Source: an uncultured Phascolarctobacterium sp. (lineage in GTDB: Bacteria > Bacillota > Negativicutes > Acidaminococcales > Acidaminococcaceae). Taken from it: a stretch of 64,000 nucleotides of DNA. Below the pieces are notes generated by a model. The model saw only the letters and a list, made by a program, of their open reading frames with translations. It was not told the DNA's origin and searched no databases. Shown piece after piece: positions 29,229-37,755 of the stretch; the first letter of the stretch is position 1, and each line of letters begins with the position of its first letter. Position numbers and translations under genes: made by a program. The stretch is from the NCBI GenBank assembly GCA_964480295.1, contig CAYZOZ010000003.1, forward strand, positions 152 to 64,151, in the 5' to 3' direction.

Positions 29229-29642
29229 TTGAATATGAAAAAGATTATTGCGGGCTTGATGGTGGCGGCAGCCATGCTGACCTTTGGCTGCGGTGGCCGT
29301 AATGCCGCGTTCGGCGTTGTGGATCTGCGTAAGGTGGAAAGCGAGGCGGCTGTGTTCACCTCTACTAAGGAGGAGCTGACGACTAAGGCTAAGGAGCTGG
29401 ACGCGCAAATGCAGAAGGAGCTGGAGGGCAAGTCCGACGAGGAAAAGAGCAAGATCTACGAGGATTATTCCGCGAAGGCCAAGCTGATGCAGAGCGAGGC
29501 GCAGAACAAGGTTAAATCCAGCTTGGATACCGCGTTGAATCAGGTTGCCAAGGATAAGAATCTGGGCGCGATCATGATTAAGGAAGCGGTTCCTCAGGGC
29601 GGCACCGACGTTACCGATGCCGTTATCGAAAAAATGAAATAA
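29229..29642 (+). CDS. OmpH/Skp-like protein, possible lipoprotein
   Basis: LTFGC, FGVVDL, KNLGAIM...GGTDVTDAV. Confidence 0.85.
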   Translation: MNMKKIIAGLMVAAAMLTFGCGGRNAAFGVVDLRKVESEAAVFTSTKEELTTKAKELDAQMQKELEGKSDEEKSKIYEDYSAKAKLMQSEAQNKVKSSLDTALNQVAKDKNLGAIMIKEAVPQGGTDVTDAVIEKMK

Positions 29643-29708
29643 GCATTTCCCAGCGTGGCGCGCTGACCTTGGTCGGTGTGCGTGCGCGGGATTTTTCGGA
29701 GGTTGGAA

Positions 29709-30731
29709 ATGGAGAAGAGTGTTCAAGAATTAGCTGAGTTTTTACATGGTACGGTGGAGCATGACGATCCCGCACTAAGAATCACTGGTGTCAATGGTTT
29801 GGTGGAGGCGGGAGCGCAGGATATTTCCTTCGCCGTTCCTCCTCATGTGGAGCATTGCCATTTGAGTAAGGCAGGCGTGATGGTGCTGAGCCCGGCGGAT
29901 CCCGAGCTTGACGGTCGTCCCGTGATCCGCGTGGAAAATCCGCGTGCGGCCTTTGCCGCTCTGCTGGAGCTGTTCCGTCCGCAGGAGGAGGTGGAGCGCG
30001 TCATCAGCCCCTACGCCTTCGTTTCGAAGAAGGCGAAGATCGGTGCTAACGTCGCCATTCAGCCCTTCGCCGTAGTTGAGGAGGGCGCGGAGATCGGTGA
30101 CGGCTGCGTGCTGTACCCCCATGCCTATGTGGGCAAGCGCGTTAAGCTCGGCAAGGACTGCACTCTTTATCCCAACACCACGGTGCGCGAAAACTGCGTG
30201 CTGGGCGATAGGGTGATCCTTCAGTCAGGCGCGGTCATCGGTGGTGACGGCTTCGGCTATATTACGCAGAACGGCAAGCATAGCAAGGTTTTGCAAACGG
30301 GCAACGTCGTATTGCAGGACGACGTGGAGATCGGCTGCAATACCTGTATCGACAGAGCGACCGTCGATAGCACGATCGTCGGCAAGGGTACGAAGATCGA
30401 CAATCTGGTTCATCTCGGTCATAACGATATTTTGGGCGAGAACTGCTTGGTAGTCGCGCACGTCGGCATTTCCGGCAGCGTTACCGTGGGCAACAACGTC
30501 ACCTTCGCTGGTCAGGTGGGTACGGTCGGTCATATCACGATCGGCAGCAACTGTACTTTCGGCGGCAAGGCGGGCATTACTAATAACGTTCCCGATAATT
30601 CCGTCATGGGCGGCTATCCCGCTATGCCGATGAAGGAATGGCTGCGTCAGGAGGCGCAGCTGCGCAAAATGGGCGATGTCTTAAAGCGCGTGAAGGAATT
30701 GGAAAAAGAAGTGGCGGCTTTAAAAAAATAA
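29709..30731 (+). CDS. lpxD: UDP-3-O-(3-hydroxyacyl)glucosamine N-acyltransferase
   Basis: Hexapeptide repeats, GGDGFGY, TKIDNLVHLGHN. Confidence 0.95.
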   Translation: MEKSVQELAEFLHGTVEHDDPALRITGVNGLVEAGAQDISFAVPPHVEHCHLSKAGVMVLSPADPELDGRPVIRVENPRAAFAALLELFRPQEEVERVISPYAFVSKKAKIGANVAIQPFAVVEEGAEIGDGCVLYPHAYVGKRVKLGKDCTLYPNTTVRENCVLGDRVILQSGAVIGGDGFGYITQNGKHSKVLQTGNVVLQDDVEIGCNTCIDRATVDSTIVGKGTKIDNLVHLGHNDILGENCLVVAHVGISGSVTVGNNVTFAGQVGTVGHITIGSNCTFGGKAGITNNVPDNSVMGGYPAMPMKEWLRQEAQLRKMGDVLKRVKELEKEVAALKK

Positions 30732-30761
30732 GCGCGTCATGATGATAAGTAGGTTATTTTC

Positions 30762-31652
30762 GTGTTAGGCTATTATTTAGTTAAATTATTCAGCAAAATA
30801 ATGTGCGTGCTGCCGCTGCTTTTGCGGAAGCTTTTCGCGGGCTTTTTGGGCAGCGTCGCCGTCCTCGTGGTGCCCGAATGGCGCATGAAGATGGCGGAGG
30901 CTAATATTCGCGAGTGCCTAGGCGTGTCCGAGGAGCGTGCAAGGCAGATCGCCGCGGACAGTCTGCACCGCTTCGGCCGCATGGTGGTCGAGGTGCTGCG
31001 CTTTCCTTTGCTGAATAAGGATACCATTTATGATAAGGTGCGCGTGGAGGGCTTGGAGTATCTCGAGGCTGCCTATGCTCAGGGCAAGGGCGTTATCATG
31101 TGTACTGGTCACTACGGGAACTGGGAGCTTTTGGGCGCAACCGTGGCTTTGCACGGCTATCCCATGCTTTCCATTACGCGCAAGCAGAATAACGGCTATA
31201 TGGATCGGGCGATCAACGAGTTTCGTCAAATGGTGGGACAGCGCGTCACCTATAATCGCGGCGAGCATGGTCTTTTGGCGATTAGTAGGATGCTGCGGGA
31301 GAAGAATCTCCTCGGCGTGCTCTATGATCAGGATACCAATGACGACGGCGTGGAGATCGATCTTTTCGGCAAGCGTTCCGTGATTCCCTTGGGACCGGCG
31401 GCGCTTTCACGCATTTACGGCTCGCCGATCCTGCCGATTTTTTTGCATAATAATGACGACGGAACGTGTACGGCGAAGATCTACGCACCGTTATATACAC
31501 CGAAAACTAAGGACAAGCAGCGCGACTTTTATAATGTAACCCGCCAGCTGGTCACCGTACTGGAGCAGGAAATTATCGCTCATCCGGAAATGTGGTTCTG
31601 GGTACATGATCGCTGGAAGGACGGTCGCAAGCGTTTCGGTAAGAAAAAATAA
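30762..31652 (+). CDS. Lipid A late acyltransferase (LpxL/HtrB family)
   Basis: GHYGNWE, YDQD, WFWVHDRWK. Confidence 0.9.
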   Translation: MLGYYLVKLFSKIMCVLPLLLRKLFAGFLGSVAVLVVPEWRMKMAEANIRECLGVSEERARQIAADSLHRFGRMVVEVLRFPLLNKDTIYDKVRVEGLEYLEAAYAQGKGVIMCTGHYGNWELLGATVALHGYPMLSITRKQNNGYMDRAINEFRQMVGQRVTYNRGEHGLLAISRMLREKNLLGVLYDQDTNDDGVEIDLFGKRSVIPLGPAALSRIYGSPILPIFLHNNDDGTCTAKIYAPLYTPKTKDKQRDFYNVTRQLVTVLEQEIIAHPEMWFWVHDRWKDGRKRFGKKK

Positions 31653-31671
31653 ATGTCGAAGGAGTATGAAG

Positions 31672-32514
31672 ATGTCCGAAAAAAATTTACAGCATACTAT
31701 AGCTAAGGAAGTTTCTTATTCCGGTATCGGCCTGCATTCCGGCAAGGACGTATTGATGACGCTCAAGCCGGCGGCAGAAAACACAGGCGTGGTGTTCGTG
31801 CGCACGGATTTGCCTGAGCGTCCGAGCATTCGCGCGCTGGCGCAAAACGTAAGCTCCACGGTTAAAGCCACTACCCTGAGCGAGAACGGGGCGGAGGTTT
31901 TTACGGTTGAGCATTTGATGGCGGCTATCTCCATGATGTCCATCGATAATATCATTGTGGAGATGTCCTCGCCCGAACCTCCCGTAACTGACGGCAGTGC
32001 TAAGGTGTTCTGCGAGCTGATCGAGCAGGCGGAACGTGTGGAGCAGAAGGCGGAGCGTGTGGTTTACGCTCTGGATAAGGCCTTCTCCGTATATGACGGG
32101 GATCGCTATATCGTTATGCTGCCCTATGACGGCTATCGCGTTTCCTTTACCTCCATTAACGCTCATCCCAAGCTGGGCACGCAGTTCTTTGACGTGCTTT
32201 TGGACGAGGAAAGCTTCAAGAGGGAGATCATGCCGGCACGCACGGTCGCCTTTACCTACGAGCTGGAGCAGCTGCGTAAGATGGGTCTGGGCTTGGGCGG
32301 CTCCTTGGAGAACGTAGTCGTTTTTGACGAGGAAAAAATTCTCTCCGTGCCGCGTTATGACGACGAGCTGATCCGTCATAAGATACTCGACGTTATCGGA
32401 GATCTATATTTATTAGGACCTATTAAGGCGCACGTGATCGCCGTGAAGACCGGTCACGCCTTTAATTCGCAAATCGCTAAGCAGATTCAAGCGTACAGAA
32501 CAAAGGAGGATTAA
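31672..32514 (+). CDS. lpxC: UDP-3-O-acyl-GlcNAc deacetylase
   Basis: GIGLHSG, TVEHLMAA, RHKILDVIGD; SD aaggag before 31672. Confidence 0.96.
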   Translation: MSEKNLQHTIAKEVSYSGIGLHSGKDVLMTLKPAAENTGVVFVRTDLPERPSIRALAQNVSSTVKATTLSENGAEVFTVEHLMAAISMMSIDNIIVEMSSPEPPVTDGSAKVFCELIEQAERVEQKAERVVYALDKAFSVYDGDRYIVMLPYDGYRVSFTSINAHPKLGTQFFDVLLDEESFKREIMPARTVAFTYELEQLRKMGLGLGGSLENVVVFDEEKILSVPRYDDELIRHKILDVIGDLYLLGPIKAHVIAVKTGHAFNSQIAKQIQAYRTKED

Positions 32515-32517
32515 ATC

Positions 32518-32964
32518 ATGCCCGTATTAGATATTAACGAAATTAAAAAGATTCTTCCCCATCGTTTTCCCATGCTTTTGGTCGACAGAATTCTCGAGAT
32601 CGAACCGATGAAGCGCGCCGTCGGCATTAAAAATATCACCGCCAGCGAGATTCAGTTCCTCGGTCATTTTCCTAACGAGCCGATTATGCCCGGCGTTCTG
32701 CTGATCGAGGCTATGGCGCAGGTTGGCGGCGTGGCTATGCTTTATCCCGAGGAGAACCGCGGCAAGATCGCCGTTTTCGCTAAGATCGACAATGTGCGCT
32801 TCCGCAAGCAGGTCGTTCCCGGCGATCAGGTGGTGACTACCGCCGAGGTAACGAAGATCATGCGTGCCAATATGGGCATCATCCATTGCGAGGGTAAGGT
32901 TGACGGCAAAGTCGCCTGCGAATGCGATTGCACCTTCGCGATCATGGATCCCAAGGAAGCGTAA
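32518..32964 (+). CDS. fabZ: 3-hydroxyacyl-ACP dehydratase
   Basis: LPHRFPMLLVD, GHFP..PIMPGVLLIEAMAQ. Confidence 0.97.
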   Translation: MPVLDINEIKKILPHRFPMLLVDRILEIEPMKRAVGIKNITASEIQFLGHFPNEPIMPGVLLIEAMAQVGGVAMLYPEENRGKIAVFAKIDNVRFRKQVVPGDQVVTTAEVTKIMRANMGIIHCEGKVDGKVACECDCTFAIMDPKEA

Positions 32965-33139
32965 ATAAAAAAGACAAAAAGAGCAGATATAAGCAGTATA
33001 AGCAAGCAAAACGGCTTAATTAGCGTTAGATTGAGCTAAATCGCCTTTTTTCGTTTGAGAAAAAAGCCCCCTGGGGATGATTATAATAGTATATATCTGA
33101 AATTAATCATTTGATTAAGTCTATGGGGGAGTGAAAGTA

Positions 33140-33946
33140 ATGAGTTCTGTGATAATGCCGGAGGGCGGTATACATGAAACCGCCATTATTCATCCGTCCG
33201 CTGTTATCGGCAAGAACGTAAGCGTTGGTCCCTTCGCCGTAATCGACGAGGATACCGTGATCGGTGACGGCTGTGTGATCGGCGCTCATGTAACCATTCA
33301 TAAATATACGACTATCGGTAAAAATAACAGGTTTTTCCCCGGCTGCTCCATCGGTGGCGTGCCACAGGATCTGAAATTCGTCGGCGAAAAGACCACCACT
33401 GTGATCGGTGACGGCGGTACCTTCCGCGAGTGCTGCACGGTCAATCGTGCCTGCGGCGAGGGCAACGAGACTCGCATCGGCAATAATATCCTGATGATGG
33501 CCTACACCCATGTTGCGCATAATTGCATCGTCGGCAACAACGTCATCATGTCCAATGTCGCTACGCTGGCAGGTCATGTCATCGTCGAGGATCGCGCGGT
33601 CATCGGCGGTCTTTCCGCGGTGCATCAGTTCTGTAAGATCGGTCGTAACGCGATGGTCGGCGGCATGGCGCGCGTGTCCCAGGACATTCCGCCCTTCATG
33701 ATCGTGGCGGGTGATCCTGCCTTCGTTTCTGGCTTGAACAGCGTCGGCCTGTCCCGTGCGGGTATGCCGCAGGAGGAGCGCAGCGAGCTGAAGAAGGCGT
33801 TCCGCATTTTGTATCGCAGCGGTCTGCCCTTGCAGGAGGCTATCGCGACTATGGAATCCGAGCTGGAAAGCTATGAGCCCGTGGAGCATTTGCTACGCTT
33901 CTTGCGTAACGTGGAGCGCGGTATTATTCGTACCCGTAAGGGCTAA
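33140..33946 (+). CDS. lpxA: Acyl-ACP--UDP-GlcNAc O-acyltransferase
   Basis: Hexapeptide repeats, PQDLKF, HVAHNC, VHQFCKIG; GTG 33131 is an alternative start. Confidence 0.95.
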   Translation: MSSVIMPEGGIHETAIIHPSAVIGKNVSVGPFAVIDEDTVIGDGCVIGAHVTIHKYTTIGKNNRFFPGCSIGGVPQDLKFVGEKTTTVIGDGGTFRECCTVNRACGEGNETRIGNNILMMAYTHVAHNCIVGNNVIMSNVATLAGHVIVEDRAVIGGLSAVHQFCKIGRNAMVGGMARVSQDIPPFMIVAGDPAFVSGLNSVGLSRAGMPQEERSELKKAFRILYRSGLPLQEAIATMESELESYEPVEHLLRFLRNVERGIIRTRKG

Positions 33947-33955
33947 GGACAGAGC

Positions 33956-34762
33956 ATGGAAGTTTTAGGCGTTTTATCCGGCATAGGTCATTTGCCGGTG
34001 GAGGTGGCCCGCTCCGCCAAGGATCAGGGCTACGAGGTGGTCGCGATCGGTTTGGTTCCTCATATTGACGAGGAGCTGGAGCCGAGCGTGGATCATTATT
34101 ACGATATCAATATCGGCAGGATAGGCAAGATTATCTCCACTTTGAAAAAGCACGATGTAACCAAGGTTACGATGATCGGCAAGGTCACCAAGGAGGTGCT
34201 TTATAAGGTGGGGGCGATCGTGCCTGATTTGCGTGCCATAAAGATTTTGGCGAGCGTTCCCGATCGCAAGGACGACACCATTATGAACGCGATCGTCAAG
34301 GAGCTGGAGAGCGAGGGCATCGAGGTCATGGATCAAACGGTGCTGATTAAGCCCCTGCTGCCCAAGCCTGGCGTGCTGACGCGACGTGCGCCGACGGCGG
34401 CGGAGCTGGCGGACATGGAGTTCGGCTTCGAAATGGCGAAGGCGATCGGCGGACTGGACATCGGTCAGACGGTGGTCGTCAAAAATCGCGCGGTGATGGC
34501 TGTGGAGGCTATCGAGGGTACGGATGCCTGCATCCTGCGCGGCGGCTATTTGGGCAAGGGTGGCGTGATCGTCGCTAAGGCGGCTAAGCCGAAGCAGGAT
34601 CAGCGCTTCGATATTCCCGGCTTCGGCACCAAGACGCTGGAGTCGATGATCTACGCCGGCGCGACCGGAATTATCATCGAGGCGGGCAACACGCTGGTGG
34701 TCGAACGCGAAAAGGTCATCAAAATGGCTGATGAGCACGATATTACCATCCTGGTTAAGTAA
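33956..34762 (+). CDS. lpxI: UDP-2,3-diacylglucosamine diphosphatase LpxI
   Basis: DIGQTVVV, AVEAIEGTD, KPKQDQRFDIP. Confidence 0.93.
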   Translation: MEVLGVLSGIGHLPVEVARSAKDQGYEVVAIGLVPHIDEELEPSVDHYYDINIGRIGKIISTLKKHDVTKVTMIGKVTKEVLYKVGAIVPDLRAIKILASVPDRKDDTIMNAIVKELESEGIEVMDQTVLIKPLLPKPGVLTRRAPTAAELADMEFGFEMAKAIGGLDIGQTVVVKNRAVMAVEAIEGTDACILRGGYLGKGGVIVAKAAKPKQDQRFDIPGFGTKTLESMIYAGATGIIIEAGNTLVVEREKVIKMADEHDITILVK

Positions 34763-34785
34763 ACTTTACAAAAATTTTCGCATTC

Positions 34786-34829
34786 AAGAGCGACTGATAG
34801 CTTATGTCAGTCGCTTTTTGTGTTATAAT
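34786..34829 (+). terminator. Terminator hairpin followed by an extended -10 for lpxB
   Basis: aagagcgactga / tcagtcgctttt, then TGtTATAAT at 34821-34829. Confidence 0.6.
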
Positions 34830-34869
34830 ATATACTGACATCTTATAAGCTGTGATATGAGGAGTAGCT

Positions 34870-36006
34870 ATGACTAAAATTCTCATTTCCGCCGGAGAGG
34901 CCTCCGGGGATATTCATGCGGCAGCAGTTACCGCCGCGCTAAAAAAACTGGATAAGGATATAGAGGTCTTCGGCATGGGCGGCGACGCTTTGCGCGCCGC
35001 TGGTGGCGAGGTGCTTTTCGATATAAAGGATCACGGCGTTATGGGCTTCGTCGAGGTCATTAAAAAGCTGCCCGATTTGTTCAGGCTGCGCAGCTCCTTT
35101 GCCGAGGTGATGGATACGCGTAAGCCGGACTGCCTAGTGGTGGTCGATTATCCTGGCTTTAATATGAAGCTGGCGAAGCTGGCGCACGACAAGGGGATTC
35201 CCGTTGTGTCCTATATTGCTCCCTCCGCTTGGGCATGGAACAAGGGCAGGGCGAAGAACGTCGCGAAAATCGTGGACAGGGTGGCCTGCATCTTTCCCTT
35301 CGAGTACGACGTGTACAAGGAGGCAGGCGCTCCTGTGGAGTTCGTCGGTCATCCGCTGGTGGACATCGTGCATCCAGAAATGACGCGTGCCGAGGCCGAG
35401 GCTTGGGCAGGCAAGGAGGCGGGCAAGCCGCTCGTGCTTTTGATGCCGGGTAGCAGGCTGATGGAGATCGATAAGATGCTGCCCAATCTGCTGGCAGGCG
35501 CGAAGCTGCTCAAGCGGCAGCTCCCCGAGGTGCGCTTCGCCATGCCCCGCGCGGGCACGATACCCTTGGAGCTTTTGCAGGCGAAGATCAAGGCCTCTGG
35601 CTTGGAGGTAAGGATCACCGAGGGGCATAATTATGATTTGTTTAGCGTTGCCGACGTGGCGCTGGCGACCAGCGGCACGGTGACCTTGGAGGCGGCGCTT
35701 TGCGGCCTGCCCAGCGTCATCGTTTACCGTACCTCCGCCTTTAACGCCTTCATCGCGCGCTTAGTGCTTAATATTCCCAATATCGGTCTGCCGAACATCG
35801 TCGCCGGCCGTCAAATTCTGCCAGAGCTTTTGCAGGACGATTTTACGCCCGCACGGGTGGCGGAGGAGGCTTTGCGCCTTTTACGCCCCGAAACGCGTCG
35901 GCAGACGGACGCGGATCTGGCGGAGATGAAGCGACGCTTGGGCGAGGGCGGCGCCGTGGACAGAGTTGCTCAACTTATTTTACGTATAGCTGAGGAGAAG
36001 AAATGA
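34870..36006 (+). CDS. lpxB: Lipid-A-disaccharide synthase
   Basis: AGEASGD, DYPGFN, FVGHPL, LMPGSR, SGTVTLE. Confidence 0.96.
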   Translation: MTKILISAGEASGDIHAAAVTAALKKLDKDIEVFGMGGDALRAAGGEVLFDIKDHGVMGFVEVIKKLPDLFRLRSSFAEVMDTRKPDCLVVVDYPGFNMKLAKLAHDKGIPVVSYIAPSAWAWNKGRAKNVAKIVDRVACIFPFEYDVYKEAGAPVEFVGHPLVDIVHPEMTRAEAEAWAGKEAGKPLVLLMPGSRLMEIDKMLPNLLAGAKLLKRQLPEVRFAMPRAGTIPLELLQAKIKASGLEVRITEGHNYDLFSVADVALATSGTVTLEAALCGLPSVIVYRTSAFNAFIARLVLNIPNIGLPNIVAGRQILPELLQDDFTPARVAEEALRLLRPETRRQTDADLAEMKRRLGEGGAVDRVAQLILRIAEEKK

Positions 36007-37736
36007 ATTTATACTTTCGTGCATTGAAATATGTTAAGCCGTACCTTTTGCGCGGTCTTTTCGCCGGCATCTGCACGGTGATCGCGGCGGGCGGCACGGC
36101 GTACCTGCCATGGATTATCAAGGACATGGTGGATCAGGTGCTCAAGGAGAAGAATACCGATATGCTCAACTACATCGTGGTCAGCATTATCGTGGTCTTC
36201 ATCATTCGCGGCATCGCCTATTACGGGCAAAGCTACCTGATGAACTATGTCGGTCAGCGTGTGATCATCGATATCCGCAGGGCGGTGTTCGAGAAGCTTC
36301 AGCGCCTGAGTCTGTCCTTTTACGATAAAAACAAGACCGGCACGATCATGAGCTATGTGACCAACGACGTGAATGCCTTGCAATCCGCCATGGTGGAAAA
36401 CGTCGTCGAGATGGTGACGGAAAGCGTTATCCTGATCGCCTCCATCGTCATGATGATTTATTTGGATTGGCGACTCTTTTTGGTAACCTTCAGCACCTTC
36501 CCCGTCGTGCTGCTGTTCATCGATCAATTCGGCAAGCGTATTCGCAAGTCGGGCAGCAGGATTCAGGAGGCCACGGCGGACATTACCTCCGTTTTGCAGG
36601 AAACAGTTTCCTCCGCGCGCGTGATTAAGTCCTTCGTGCGCGAGGATTACGAGATCCAGCGCTTTGATCGCGAAAATATCAATAATTTCCGTGCCAATAT
36701 GAAGTACGCCCAGCTTTCGGCGACGCTTACGCCGACGATCGAGTTCGTGGCGGCGGTGGGCGTGACCGTCATTCTTTGGTATGGTGGCAATAGCGTTATC
36801 GATGGCAAGATCACTGCAGGTAGCCTGGTTGCCTTCCTGACCTATGCCGTAAATATTTCCAATCCGATAAAGCGCTTGAGCCGCGTTATCGGTAATATTC
36901 AAAAGGCTCTGGCGGCGGCGCAGCGCGTTTTCGACGTGCTGGATCTGCCGGAGGTCATTCATGACGCGCCCGATGCTAAGGCGCTTCCCACGGTGCGTGG
37001 GCATGTGCGCTTTAACGATGTTTCCTTTGCCTATAATAAGGGCGAGACCGTGCTGAGCAGGGTGAGCTTCGACGTGCAGCCTGGCGAGATGATCGCCTTC
37101 GTCGGTCCCTCCGGCGCGGGTAAGTCCACGGTCGCTAGCCTGCTGCCGCGCTTTTATGACGTTACCGATGGTAGCATCACGATCGACGGGCAGGATATTC
37201 GCACCGTGACCTTGAATTCTCTGCGTGAGCAGGTCGGCATCGTGCCGCAGGAAACGATCCTGTTTAATGGCAGCGTGTACGACAATATCCTCTACGGACG
37301 CTTGGACGCGACGCGCGAGGAGGTCGAGGCGGCGGCGAAGGCTGCTAACGCCCATAGCTTCATCATGGAGCTGCCCGAAGGCTATAATACGATGCTGGGC
37401 GACCGTGGCGTGAACATTTCTGGTGGTCAGCGTCAGCGCATCAGCATTGCCCGGGCAATACTCAAGAATCCGCAGATTTTGATCCTCGACGAGGCGACCT
37501 CGGCCTTGGATACGGAAAGCGAGCGCGTGGTGCAGGAGGCTCTCGACCGCTTGATGATCGGCAGAACGTCCTTTGTTATCGCCCATCGCCTGTCGACGAT
37601 TAAGAACGCCGATAAGATCATGGTGCTGGAGAAGGGCTGTCTGGTGGAGCAGGGAACTCATGACGAGCTGATGGCTAAGGACGGGCTTTACGCGCATTTG
37701 TATCGGATTCAATATCGCAGTAAGGAAGCTCACTGA
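36003..37736 (+). CDS. msbA: Lipid A flippase ABC transporter
   Basis: TMD+NBD, GPSGAGKS, ISGGQRQR, LDEATSALD; lpx context. Confidence 0.9.
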   Translation: MNLYFRALKYVKPYLLRGLFAGICTVIAAGGTAYLPWIIKDMVDQVLKEKNTDMLNYIVVSIIVVFIIRGIAYYGQSYLMNYVGQRVIIDIRRAVFEKLQRLSLSFYDKNKTGTIMSYVTNDVNALQSAMVENVVEMVTESVILIASIVMMIYLDWRLFLVTFSTFPVVLLFIDQFGKRIRKSGSRIQEATADITSVLQETVSSARVIKSFVREDYEIQRFDRENINNFRANMKYAQLSATLTPTIEFVAAVGVTVILWYGGNSVIDGKITAGSLVAFLTYAVNISNPIKRLSRVIGNIQKALAAAQRVFDVLDLPEVIHDAPDAKALPTVRGHVRFNDVSFAYNKGETVLSRVSFDVQPGEMIAFVGPSGAGKSTVASLLPRFYDVTDGSITIDGQDIRTVTLNSLREQVGIVPQETILFNGSVYDNILYGRLDATREEVEAAAKAANAHSFIMELPEGYNTMLGDRGVNISGGQRQRISIARAILKNPQILILDEATSALDTESERVVQEALDRLMIGRTSFVIAHRLSTIKNADKIMVLEKGCLVEQGTHDELMAKDGLYAHLYRIQYRSKEAH

Positions 37737-37755
37737 GGCGAAAAGAGGTTAGTGA

